Origin: Desulfuromonadaceae bacterium
Lineage (GTDB): Bacteria; Desulfobacterota; Desulfuromonadia; Desulfuromonadales; JAAYDE01
Reading direction: 5' to 3'
Length of the DNA: 64,000 nt
Assembly (NCBI GenBank): GCA_012512925.1
Contig: JAAZDE010000119.1
Coordinates: 299-64,298 of the forward strand
Part shown: in pieces, positions 38,146 through 47,061 of the stretch
How positions within the stretch are numbered: the stretch's first letter is position 1
How the letters are laid out: every line of letters begins with the position of its first letter
Made by a program: the position numbers and the translations under genes
The notes under the pieces: generated by a model
Databases searched by the model: none
The model's input: only the letters and a program-made list of their open reading frames with translations
What the model was told of the DNA's origin: nothing

Positions 38146-38340
38146 CGGCGTTCTCTTTCACTTTTTCCGGTGGAAAAGGGGTCCCGGCTCGACCCGTGAA
38201 GGGCCTTCTGCCTGGTCAAAACCAGGGCCCATTCGAAGGACCAAAGTAACAGGAAAAAACCGATCCTGCCAGCTTCCTGCCCCTTGCCCCGGGTTCTTTT
38301 TTTCCATTTTGCACCGGTCACCGGTCACTTTTGGATTGTC

Positions 38341-39366
38341 ATGAAACCATCAATCGGGGCCTCCGTCGCTGCCGAATGCCGACGGCTGCTTGGCCAAACG
38401 GCGAAAACCTGTTTCGATCTGTTCAAGATCACCGTTCCCATAAGCATCCTGGTCAAGATCCTCAGTGACGCCGGGGCCATCGGCTTTCTCGGCTCTTTTC
38501 TCTCCCCGGTCATGGACTTGGTCGGGCTTCCCGGCAGTATGGGGCTGGTCTGGGCCGCCGGCCTGATGACCAACCTCTATGGCGCCCTGGTCGTCTTCGC
38601 CTCCCTGGCGGCGGAGGCGGCGCTGACCGTTGCCCAGGTGACCGTCCTGACCACCATGCTGCTGATCGCCCATGCCCTCCCCGTGGAGTTGCGAATCGCC
38701 CAGATGGCCGGCCCCCGCTTCTGGACCATGATCCTTCTGCGCCTTTTTTCGGCTCTCATGCTGGGGTGGATGCTCAACCACATCTACCGGTTCGGCGACT
38801 TCCTCCAGCATCCCAACCGGCTTCTGTGGCAGCCGGCCGCGCCCGATCCCTCATGGACGGCCTGGATTGGCGGAGAACTGCGGACCATGGCGATGATTTT
38901 CGCCATCATCCTGGTCCTGCTGGTGGTCATGAGGGTGCTGGAAAAGGCCAGGATTCTGGACCTGTTCTGCCGTCTTCTGGAGCGGCCGCTGATCGCCCTG
39001 GGAATGACCGGCCAGGCGGCGCCGATCACCGTCATCGGCATGACTCTCGGACTCAGCTACGGCGGCGCCCTGATTATCCAGGAGGCCCGCTCGGGGCGGC
39101 TGGGAGCCAGGGATATCTTTCTCTCCCTGGCCTTGATGGGGCTTTGTCACAGTATCGTGGAGGATACATTTGTGATGATGCTGGCGGGGGGGCATCTTTC
39201 CGGTCTTTTGGCGGCGCGGCTGCTTTTTTCCCTGACGGTGGTGTTTCTCCTCGGGAAGTTTTTTCAGAGGATTTCGGAGGAGAGTTTCCGGCGCTATTTC
39301 TTCCCCTCGTGGGACAATTTGGTTCCCAAGGGCGGCCGAGGGAAGGGTGCCAGGGCGGAAGAATAG
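38341..39366 (+). CDS. Nucleoside-recognition (Gate) domain membrane protein
   Basis: ATG at 38341. FKITVPISILVKILSDAGAIGFLGSFLSPVMDLVGLPGSMGLVWAAGLMTNLYGALVVF resembles Gate-domain proteins (FeoB C-terminal-like). A second Gate-like half follows. Confidence 0.6.
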   Translation: MKPSIGASVAAECRRLLGQTAKTCFDLFKITVPISILVKILSDAGAIGFLGSFLSPVMDLVGLPGSMGLVWAAGLMTNLYGALVVFASLAAEAALTVAQVTVLTTMLLIAHALPVELRIAQMAGPRFWTMILLRLFSALMLGWMLNHIYRFGDFLQHPNRLLWQPAAPDPSWTAWIGGELRTMAMIFAIILVLLVVMRVLEKARILDLFCRLLERPLIALGMTGQAAPITVIGMTLGLSYGGALIIQEARSGRLGARDIFLSLALMGLCHSIVEDTFVMMLAGGHLSGLLAARLLFSLTVVFLLGKFFQRISEESFRRYFFPSWDNLVPKGGRGKGARAEE

Positions 39367-39371
39367 CGGCA

Positions 39372-40145
39372 TCAGTAGCGGATCAGCGCCCCGCCGTAGA
39401 AACCTTCCATGGTGGCGTCGATGAAGTCTCCCGTCTCAGCCATGTCGAAATTCAGGTGCCGGTAGCCGAGAAAGAGGCCCAGATTGCCGGCGGGGTTCAC
39501 CTCAAGCTGAAGATCGCCGTTCAGCAGACTGCTGCGGTTGTATTCCATGTAACCGAAACGGCCCGTCAGGCCGAGCCAGTCGGCCGGCGACAATCTTGCC
39601 CAGGCTCCGGCCATCGGAAAGGGGATGGTAACCGTGTCGTTTTCCCGGACGCGGTAGGATTCGCCGCGGGAGGACAATTCGCTGTCGATGATTTTGAGTG
39701 ACAGTTCCGGCCCCCATTGGAAGCGGCACGAGCCCATTTTTCCGGACCCGGCGTTCCAGGTCATGGTAAGGTCATAAAGATCGATATCGGTTTCGCCGCC
39801 TGTCTCGCTGCCGCCGGGAAGGTCCTGAACATCCAACAGGAGGGTTCGGCTCAACAGTTCCGTGCCGGAGAATTTGATCGGAAGATGGCTCCCGGTCAGA
39901 CGGAACGTCCCTGAATGAAAGGCCGTCTCCTCCGGATCTGTCATGATGTCGCCAAAGGGGGAGGACTTTTCTTCATCGAATAGGGTGGCGGAAAGGGCGT
40001 AGTGGTTTTCGAAGCGGAATTCCCCGTCCGGTTTCAAGGCCGGACAAGGGGCTTCGAGGGAAAAGGACGCATCGGCATGGACGGAGAATCCGCAGGCCAG
40101 CCAAATTATCACCGGGAGACAAAGGATCGGCCATTTTCTGGGCAT
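39372..40145 (-). CDS. Hypothetical outer-membrane beta-barrel protein
   Basis: Signal peptide MPRKWPILCLPVIIWLACGFSVHADA. The sequence has an alternating amphipathic pattern and a C-terminal aromatic ending ...GGALIRY. Confidence 0.5.
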   Translation of the reverse strand: MPRKWPILCLPVIIWLACGFSVHADASFSLEAPCPALKPDGEFRFENHYALSATLFDEEKSSPFGDIMTDPEETAFHSGTFRLTGSHLPIKFSGTELLSRTLLLDVQDLPGGSETGGETDIDLYDLTMTWNAGSGKMGSCRFQWGPELSLKIIDSELSSRGESYRVRENDTVTIPFPMAGAWARLSPADWLGLTGRFGYMEYNRSSLLNGDLQLEVNPAGNLGLFLGYRHLNFDMAETGDFIDATMEGFYGGALIRY

Positions 40146-40331
40146 GAGACATCTTTTCCGTTTTTGGATGCTCCTGGCGATTGGAAAAATACCGATTTGC
40201 GGGATTCATTTTTCAATTTTCACGCCGCCACCCAGGAATGGCGGAGAAACTCGCCGTTTCAACCCGAAACGGAGTATCGGGGCGCCCGTTTTGGTCTGTT
40301 GCCGGGCCGGGTGTCCCAAAAAATCCTGTCG

Positions 40332-40359
40332 TTGAATTAAGCGGCCGGTTGTTTATACT
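40332..40359 (+). promoter_or_regulatory. Possible sigma-70 promoter for the P-type ATPase gene
   Basis: TTGAAT (40332-40337), 16-nt spacer, TATACT (40354-40359). Confidence 0.3.
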
Positions 40360-40406
40360 TTCAGGCTGAACTGGCGATTGCCCATGGACTCCACCGGGAG
40401 GAACTG

Positions 40407-43118
40407 ATGGCTGTAGATGGAGGCAAGGAACTGGACAAGAAGCCCTGGCACGCTTTGGACAGTGAAGAAATTCTGGCACAACTGGGCACTTCAGGTGAAG
40501 GCCTTTCTTTCGAACAGGCGCAAAAACGTCTGCGGGAACACGGTCCCAACCGGCTTCCGCCTCCCCATCGGCGGTCTTCGCTGGTCCGGTTCCTTTTGCA
40601 GTTTCACAATCTGCTGATCTACGTTTTGCTGGTGGCGGCGGTGATCGCGGCTCTTCTCGGGCATTGGCTCGATGCCGCGGTGATTTTCGGCGTCGTTGTC
40701 ATCAACGCCCTGATCGGCTTCATTCAGGAAGGGAAGGCGGAGAAAGCTCTGGAATCGATCCGGGCCATGCTTTCCCTGCATGCCTATGTGCGCCGCGGCG
40801 GCCGCCGGGAAGAGATCGCCGCCGAGGAGGTGGTGCCGGGCGATATCGTTCTGCTCCAGGCCGGCGACAAGGTGCCGGCCGACCTGCGCCTGTTGCAGGT
40901 CAAGGAACTGCGCATCGACGAGGCCATCCTCACCGGGGAATCGGAACCGGTGACCAAGGGGGCGTCCCCGGTGGCCGAGGACGCCCCGGTGGGGGACCGT
41001 CTCTGTCTGGCCTTTTCCGGCACCGTGGTCACCTACGGCCAGGGGGTCGGGGTGGTGGTGGAGACCGGGAAGACCACCGAGATCGGCCGCATCAGCGAGA
41101 TGCTCAAAGAGGTGGAATCCCTCACCACGCCGCTGTTGCGGGCCATGGACCGCCTGGCCCGCTTTCTGACCGTGGGGATTCTTTTCTTCGCCGGGATCAC
41201 CTTTCTTTTCGGCCTGTTGGTGCGCGACTATAGCGCCACCGAGATGTTTCTGGCGGCGGTGAGTCTGATTGTGGCGGCGATTCCCGAAGGGCTGCCCGCC
41301 ATCGTCACCATCACCCTGGCCATCGGAGTGCAGCGCATGGCCCGGCGCAACGCCATCATCCGGCGCCTGCCGGCGGTGGAGACTTTGGGCTCGGTGACCG
41401 TGATCTGTTCGGACAAGACCGGCACCCTGACCCGCAATGAAATGACGGTGCGCAGCCTGATCACGGCGGCCGATCATTTCGATGTGGAAGGGGGCGGTTA
41501 CGACCCCCATGGCAGCTTTCTGCTGGACGGACGGGAGTCTTCTCCCGAAGAGCACGGGGCCCTTCTCGACATGGGCTGGGTGGCCCTCCTCTGCAACGAC
41601 TCGGTTCTATCCCACAGCGGCGAACAGTGGCTGGTTGTCGGGGATCCCACCGAGGGGGCGCTGCTCACCGTCGGGCGCAAGATGGGGCTCGATCCCGACC
41701 GGGCGGCCAAGGAGTTTCCCCGCATCGACTCCATCCCCTTCGAGTCGGAGCACCGATTCATGGCCACCCTGCATCATGATCATGAAGGACATTCCTTCAT
41801 CTGCCTCAAGGGCGCGCCGGAGGTGGTTCTCGACAAGTGCTCCCGGCAACGAGGGGATGGCGGCGACCAGGTTCTGGACCGGCAGCACTGGGAGCGGCGC
41901 GCCGAGGCACTGGCCGAGCGGGGGGAGCGTCTTCTCGCCGCGGCGTGGAAGCGGGTCGAGGGCCAAAAGCAGCAGTTGTCCTTCGAGGATGTCGAAGCGG
42001 GGCTGATCTTTCTGGGGCTGTTCGGTATCACCGATCCCCCGCGCGAGGAGGCCATCGAGGCGGTCAAGGCGTGCAAGTCGGCGGGTATCGAGGTCAAGAT
42101 GATCACCGGCGACCATGCCAAGACGGCCCAGGCCATCGGCTTGCAGATGGGGATCGGCGCCAACCGCCGGGTGGTGAGCGGTGGCGACCTGGAGAACGCC
42201 GGCGACGACCAGCTGCGGCAGTGGGTGGGCGATACCGATATCTTCGCCCGGGCCAGCCCCGAGCATAAATTGCGCCTGGTGAAAGCACTGCAGGAGTTGG
42301 GCGGGGTCGCGGCGATGACCGGCGATGGCGTCAACGACGCGCCGGCGCTGAAGAGGGCCGATATCGGGGTGGCCATGGGGGTCAAGGGAACCGAGGTGGC
42401 CAAGGAGGCGGCGGAAATGGTCCTCGCCGACGACAACTTCGCCTCCATCGCCAACGCCGTCGAAGAGGGGCGAACCGTCTACGACAACATCAAAAAGGCG
42501 ATCCTGTTCATCCTGCCGACCAACGGCGGCGAGGCGCTGATGATCCTGGCGGCGATACTCCTGGGCCGCTCCCTGCCGATCACCCCGGTCCAGATCCTCT
42601 GGATCAACATGATCACCGCCGTGACCCTGGCCCTTTCCCTGGCTTTCGAACCGCCCGAGGCCGACATCATGGAACGCCCGCCCCGGGATTCTAAAGAGCC
42701 GATCCTGACCCCTTTTCTGCTGTGGCGCATCGGCTATGTCTCCCTGATTCTGGTGGCGGGAACCTTCGGGCTGTTCCACTGGGAGCGCGCCGCCGGAACC
42801 GGCCTGGAGATGGCCCGCACCGTGGCGGTCAATACCCTGGTCATGTTCGAGGTCTTTTACCTGCTGAACGCCCGTTATATCCATCGCAACGTATTGTCCC
42901 GGAAAGGTTTGACGGGCAACCCCCTGGTGCTGATGGCCATCGCCCTCGTGCTGGTCTTCCAGCTGCTCTTCACCTACGCCCCGCCTCTGCAGATGCTGTT
43001 CCAGACGGAAGCCATGACGGTTGGCGCCTGGCTGCGGGTCATCGGCGTCGGGTCGACGGTATTCATTTTTGTGGAACTGGAGAAATTTCTGTTAAAGGGA
43101 AGAAAATGGAAATATTGA
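40407..43118 (+). CDS. Cation-transporting P-type ATPase, P2 (Ca2+/Mg2+/Na+-type) subfamily
   Basis: N-terminal Cation_ATPase_N-like WHALDSEEILAQLGTSGEGLSFEQAQKRLREHGPNRL. Core motifs TGESEPV, phosphorylation site ICSDKTGTLT, MITGDH and MTGDGVNDAPALKRADIGVAMG. Ten-TM topology. Confidence 0.9.
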   Translation: MAVDGGKELDKKPWHALDSEEILAQLGTSGEGLSFEQAQKRLREHGPNRLPPPHRRSSLVRFLLQFHNLLIYVLLVAAVIAALLGHWLDAAVIFGVVVINALIGFIQEGKAEKALESIRAMLSLHAYVRRGGRREEIAAEEVVPGDIVLLQAGDKVPADLRLLQVKELRIDEAILTGESEPVTKGASPVAEDAPVGDRLCLAFSGTVVTYGQGVGVVVETGKTTEIGRISEMLKEVESLTTPLLRAMDRLARFLTVGILFFAGITFLFGLLVRDYSATEMFLAAVSLIVAAIPEGLPAIVTITLAIGVQRMARRNAIIRRLPAVETLGSVTVICSDKTGTLTRNEMTVRSLITAADHFDVEGGGYDPHGSFLLDGRESSPEEHGALLDMGWVALLCNDSVLSHSGEQWLVVGDPTEGALLTVGRKMGLDPDRAAKEFPRIDSIPFESEHRFMATLHHDHEGHSFICLKGAPEVVLDKCSRQRGDGGDQVLDRQHWERRAEALAERGERLLAAAWKRVEGQKQQLSFEDVEAGLIFLGLFGITDPPREEAIEAVKACKSAGIEVKMITGDHAKTAQAIGLQMGIGANRRVVSGGDLENAGDDQLRQWVGDTDIFARASPEHKLRLVKALQELGGVAAMTGDGVNDAPALKRADIGVAMGVKGTEVAKEAAEMVLADDNFASIANAVEEGRTVYDNIKKAILFILPTNGGEALMILAAILLGRSLPITPVQILWINMITAVTLALSLAFEPPEADIMERPPRDSKEPILTPFLLWRIGYVSLILVAGTFGLFHWERAAGTGLEMARTVAVNTLVMFEVFYLLNARYIHRNVLSRKGLTGNPLVLMAIALVLVFQLLFTYAPPLQMLFQTEAMTVGAWLRVIGVGSTVFIFVELEKFLLKGRKWKY

Positions 43119-43161
43119 GGCCTGAGCGGTTTTCAGCGACGCCGGCGAAAGAGGGGGCGGC

Positions 43162-44235
43162 TTGTCCCTGGGCATAATCAGCGACTGGTACCGGCGCATC
43201 CTGGCCGACCGCCAGCTCATGACCCTGCTCGTGGTTCTGCTGATCGGCCTGATCAGTCTGGTGCTGTTCGGCGATATGCTGATTCCCCTTTTCGCCAGTC
43301 TGGTCATCGCCTATCTGCTGGAAGGGCCGGTGCAGGGGGTGCAGCGCCTGGGTTTGCCCCGTCTGGCGGCGATACTGCTGGTTTTCGCTCTTTTCCTGAC
43401 CTTGCTTTTCCTCTGTTTTTTCTGGCTGGCGCCGATTCTGATCCGCCAGATAAGCCAACTCATCCAGCAGCTGCCGATGATGATCAGCCGGGGGCAGAAG
43501 GCTCTGCTGCTTCTTTCCGAGCGCTATCCGGGCGTCTTTTCCCCGGAACATATCGGCGACATCACCGGGGTTTTGCGGGCCGAACTGGGACGTTTCGCCC
43601 AGCAGGTGCTGAGCTTCTCCCTGGCCTCCGTCCTCGGTCTGTTTACCCTGCTGGTCTATCTGGTGCTGATGCCGATCCTGGTTTTTTTCTTTCTCAAGGA
43701 CAAAAAGCGGCTGCTGGGATGGGCCGGGGGGTTCCTCCCTTCGGAGCGCTCTCTCGCCCATCAGGTGTGGCACGAGGTCAATTTGCAGATCGGCCGCTAC
43801 ATCCGCGGCAAATTCCTGGAGATCCTCATCATCTGGGTCGCCTCCTTCGCCACCTTCAAACTGCTGGGTTTCAACTACGCCATGCTGATCGGGCTTCTGG
43901 TCGGGCTTTCGGTGCTGATCCCCTACGTGGGGGTGGCGGTTGTCGCCCTGCCGGTGGCGCTGGTGGCTTATTTCCAATGGGGTCTGACCCGGGAATTTTC
44001 CTACGTGCTGATCGCCTATGCCGTCATTCAGCTGATCGACGGCAATGTGCTGGCCACCCTGCTCCTTTCGGAGGCGGTCAACCTCCATCCGGTGGCGATC
44101 ATCGCCGCCATTCTTTTCTTCGGCGGCATCTGGGGGTTCTGGGGGGTCTTTTTCGCCATTCCCCTGGCCACCCTGATCAACGCCGTGATCAAGGCCTGGC
44201 CGCGGAGCGGGCAGGAAGTTTCCGGGGCGGGGTAG
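43162..44235 (+). CDS. AI-2E family transporter (second paralog in window)
   Basis: PerM-like profile: ...FFFLKDKKRLLGW..., YIRGKFLEILIIWVASF, LIDGNVLATLLLSEAVNLHPVAIIAAILFFGGIWGFWGVFFAIPLATL. Start is the TTG at 43162 after GAGGGGG and is uncertain. Confidence 0.78.
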   Translation: MSLGIISDWYRRILADRQLMTLLVVLLIGLISLVLFGDMLIPLFASLVIAYLLEGPVQGVQRLGLPRLAAILLVFALFLTLLFLCFFWLAPILIRQISQLIQQLPMMISRGQKALLLLSERYPGVFSPEHIGDITGVLRAELGRFAQQVLSFSLASVLGLFTLLVYLVLMPILVFFFLKDKKRLLGWAGGFLPSERSLAHQVWHEVNLQIGRYIRGKFLEILIIWVASFATFKLLGFNYAMLIGLLVGLSVLIPYVGVAVVALPVALVAYFQWGLTREFSYVLIAYAVIQLIDGNVLATLLLSEAVNLHPVAIIAAILFFGGIWGFWGVFFAIPLATLINAVIKAWPRSGQEVSGAG

Positions 44236-44241
44236 AGCCGA

Positions 44242-44315
44242 TGACTGGTGACTGGGGGCTGGTGACTGGTGACTGGTGATTGGTGACTGGTGACTGGGGG
44301 CTGGTGATTGGTCGG
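44242..44315 (+). repeat. Tandem heptanucleotide array, unit TGACTGG/TGGTGAC (about 9 units, two GGGC interruptions)
   Basis: Read directly: TGACTGG TGACTGG gggc TGGTGAC TGGTGAC TGGTGAT TGGTGAC TGGTGAC tgggggc TGGTGAT TGGTCGG. The 23-nt string GACTGGTGACTGGGGGCTGGTGA occurs twice, 42 nt apart (44243 and 44285). Confidence 0.95.
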
Positions 44316-44397
44316 AATCAAAAATCCAGAAGCAGCAACCCGCAGCCTGGCGCCTGCCGCTGATTTTGGCCGGTGTCCGGTTTCGTGCCGATAAGGC

Positions 44398-45123
44398 CTA
44401 CCCGCCGAGGTAGGCCTTTTTCACGTCGGGATCGTTGGCCAGCTGTTCCGAGGTTCCCTGGGCGACGATCTCGCCGGTGTCGAGAACATAGCCGCGGTGG
44501 GCGAATTTGAGGGCGATGCGGGCGTTCTGCTCGATCAGCAGAATGCTCAGGCCTTCCTCGTTGAGGCGCTTCAGGGTGCGGAATTTCTCGAACATGAGCA
44601 GCGGGGCCAGTCCCATGGAGGGCTCGTCGAGGAGGAGGAACCGGCTGCCGCTCATCAGTGCCCGGCCCACGGCCAGCATTTGCTGTTCTCCGCCGGACAG
44701 GGACTCGCTGCGCTGTTTGCTGCGCTCCTCCAGGCGGGGGAAGAGCTCGAAAACCCGTTGCAGATCCCCGTGGATACGGTCCCTGTCCTTGCGGGCGTAG
44801 GTGGCCAGGGTGAGGTTTTCCAGAACCGTCAGATTGCCGAAGATGCGGCGCCCCTCGGGGGCCAGGGTGATATGGAGATCGGAGACGATCTTGTGAGGGG
44901 GGGTGTGGAGGATCGACTGCCCCTTGAAGAGGATATCCCCTTGCGTGACCCTGGGTCCGTCCGGCGGCGGAAGGCGGGTGATGGTGTGCAGGGTGGTCGA
45001 TTTGCCGGCCCCGTTGGCCCCGATGAGGGTGACGATCTCGCCTTCTTCGACGTCGAAGGAGATACCGTGCAAGGCCTCGATGTTGCCGTATTTGACATGG
45101 AGATTTTTGACGGAAAGCAGCAT
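44398..45123 (-). CDS. livF: Branched-chain amino acid ABC transporter ATP-binding protein
   Basis: MLLSVKNLHVKYGNIEALHGISFDVEEGEIVTLIGANGAGKSTTL, LSGGEQQMLAVGRAL, LLLDEPS. The ATG overlaps the livG stop (ATGA at 45121-45125). The longer track ORF is an upstream extension. Confidence 0.9.
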   Translation of the reverse strand: MLLSVKNLHVKYGNIEALHGISFDVEEGEIVTLIGANGAGKSTTLHTITRLPPPDGPRVTQGDILFKGQSILHTPPHKIVSDLHITLAPEGRRIFGNLTVLENLTLATYARKDRDRIHGDLQRVFELFPRLEERSKQRSESLSGGEQQMLAVGRALMSGSRFLLLDEPSMGLAPLLMFEKFRTLKRLNEEGLSILLIEQNARIALKFAHRGYVLDTGEIVAQGTSEQLANDPDVKKAYLGG

Positions 45124-45890
45124 CAGATATTCTCGTCTCCCAGATAAGCTTTGATGACCTTCGGGTTGGACTGGATCTCCTCCGGCGTTCCTTCGGCGAT
45201 GGTTCTGCCGAAGTCGATGACCTTCATGGAGGAGCAGAGGCTCATGACGACCTTCATCTGGTGCTCGATCATCCAGATGGTGATTTTGAACTCCTCCCGG
45301 AGCCATTTCACCAGTTTAATCAGGCCGTCGACCTCGGAGGAGTTGAGGCCGGCGGCGGGCTCGTCCAGCAGCAGCAGCTTCGGCTGGATCGACATGGCCC
45401 GCGCTATCTCCACCCGCCGCTGCAAGCCGTAGGGGAGGTTTTTGGGGCATTCCAGGGCGTGGTCCTTCAGCCCCATGGCTTCGAGAAGGTCGTGGGCCAA
45501 TTGGTCGATCTTTTTCTCCCGCCGCCAGAACCGCTTCGTTTCCAGCAGACAATCCCAGATCGAGTACCCGAGGCGGTAATGCTGCGCCACGCGGATGTTG
45601 TCGAGGACGCTCATGTCCGGCCACAGGCGGATGTTCTGGAAGGTCCGCGCCATGCCCATGGCGGTGATCTGGTGGGGCTTCAGGCCGCGGGTGTCGACGC
45701 CGTTGAAGCGGATCTCCCCCTCGGTCGGTTTGTAGAAGCCCGAGGTCAGGTTGAAGATGGTGGTCTTGCCCGCCCCGTTCGGCCCGATGAGGCCGATCAG
45801 GCTCCCTTCCTCGATGCTGACATGGAAGTGGGACACGGCCTGCAGGCCGCCGAATCTCTGTGTCAGCCCTTTTATTTCCAGAAGCGGCAT
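45123..45890 (-). CDS. livG: Branched-chain amino acid ABC transporter ATP-binding protein
   Basis: LEIKGLTQRFGGLQAVSHFHVSIEEGSLIGLIGPNGAGKTTIFN, LPYGLQRRVEIARAM, LLLDEPAAGL. Confidence 0.9.
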   Translation of the reverse strand: MPLLEIKGLTQRFGGLQAVSHFHVSIEEGSLIGLIGPNGAGKTTIFNLTSGFYKPTEGEIRFNGVDTRGLKPHQITAMGMARTFQNIRLWPDMSVLDNIRVAQHYRLGYSIWDCLLETKRFWRREKKIDQLAHDLLEAMGLKDHALECPKNLPYGLQRRVEIARAMSIQPKLLLLDEPAAGLNSSEVDGLIKLVKWLREEFKITIWMIEHQMKVVMSLCSSMKVIDFGRTIAEGTPEEIQSNPKVIKAYLGDENI

Positions 45891-45948
45891 TTCAAACTCC
45901 CGTTGCGCCAGAAAACCTTCTCCAGACCTTGCCTGGGCCCCGTCCCCG

Positions 45949-47034
45949 TCACTCCGTCGGCCGGCTGCGGTAGAACCGCTTGAGGAAGGGGAAGAAGTCG
46001 GACAGTTCCTTTTGCCCCATGAGCCCTTCGGAGCGGAACTGCATGGTCAGGATGAGAATCAGGGGGATGATGACCCACTTCCAGACCTGGCCGATTTCAT
46101 AACTTTCCGGGATCAGGCGCAGATGGTGGGCGAGGGCGTTCAGTTCCGGGATGACGAATCGGAGCGCCTCAATCAGCAGGGTGAAGAGGACTGCCGAGAG
46201 CACCGATCCCGACAGGGAACCCATCCCCCCCAGATAGACCATGACCAGACATTCGGTGGATTTGAGGATGTTGAAGGACTGGGGATTGACGTAGCCGTAG
46301 ACATGGGCGAACAGCCCCCCGGCGACGCCCGCCAGGCCGGAGGAGAGCATGAAGGCGGCCATTTTCATCTTGTTGGTGTTGACGCTCATGATCTCGGCGG
46401 CCACTTCATCCTGAGCGATGGCGATGACTCCCTTGCCGTAGGTGGAGGAGACGAAACGGCGGATGACCCAGACGCTGAAGATGGTTCCGAGGATCACCCA
46501 GATCAGCATCCAGGGGATTTCCAGGATGTCTTCCATGGAATTGATGACCCGTTTCATCCCCTGAAAGCCTCGCGGCCCGCCGATGACGTCCAGATTCTCG
46601 ATGCCCGAGATGATGATGTAGTTGGCGGCGAGGGTGATGATGGCCAGGTAATCGCCTCGGGTCTTGAAGGAGGGAAGCGCCACGAGGAGGCCGGCCAGGG
46701 CCGCCACCAGGCCGCCGATGATGATGACCGCCGGAAACAGAAAGATGCTGTAATCGGCGGACAGGAGCGGCGCTCCGAAGACCCGGTCCCTGGTGAACAG
46801 AACCACCGAGAGGACGGAGGAGACGTAGGCGCCGACGCACATGAAACCGGCATGGCCGCAGGAAAACTCGCCCATGTAGCCGTTGACGACGTTGAGGCTG
46901 GAAGAGAGGATGATGTTGATCCCCATCAGCATGATGACGGTGATGACATACTGGTCGATGGACTGGAAATGGGCCGCCGCGACCAGGCCGATGGAGAAGA
47001 GGATCAATAGCAGTTTGAAGGAATGCTTTTGCAT
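45949..47034 (-). CDS. livM: Branched-chain amino acid ABC transporter permease
   Basis: Polytopic protein with LNVVNGYMGEFSCGHAGFMCVGAY, typical of LivM-type permeases. Confidence 0.85.
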   Translation of the reverse strand: MQKHSFKLLLILFSIGLVAAAHFQSIDQYVITVIMLMGINIILSSSLNVVNGYMGEFSCGHAGFMCVGAYVSSVLSVVLFTRDRVFGAPLLSADYSIFLFPAVIIIGGLVAALAGLLVALPSFKTRGDYLAIITLAANYIIISGIENLDVIGGPRGFQGMKRVINSMEDILEIPWMLIWVILGTIFSVWVIRRFVSSTYGKGVIAIAQDEVAAEIMSVNTNKMKMAAFMLSSGLAGVAGGLFAHVYGYVNPQSFNILKSTECLVMVYLGGMGSLSGSVLSAVLFTLLIEALRFVIPELNALAHHLRLIPESYEIGQVWKWVIIPLILILTMQFRSEGLMGQKELSDFFPFLKRFYRSRPTE

Positions 47035-47061
47035 GAAAGAGCCGTTTCCTGTTTCGCGCCG

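Noticed and set aside
38146-38340. Expected yybP-ykoY (Mn2+) riboswitch in the mntP leader.
   Set aside because: The minus-strand leader is structured (for example CCTGGTTTTGACCAGG nested in GGGCC...GGCCC). I could not find the conserved GGGGAGUAG, UUGACAUA or AGACC elements. I do not call it; an RF00080 scan could overturn this.
44028-44321. ORFs translating the heptamer arrays as PVTSHQ-type peptide repeats (44028..44321, and 61854..62153 for the third array).
   Set aside because: The apparent 7-aa periodicity is a by-product of 3 x 7 nt. There is no RBS or start context, the ORFs overlap real genes antisense, and the arrays change unit sequence without regard to reading frame.
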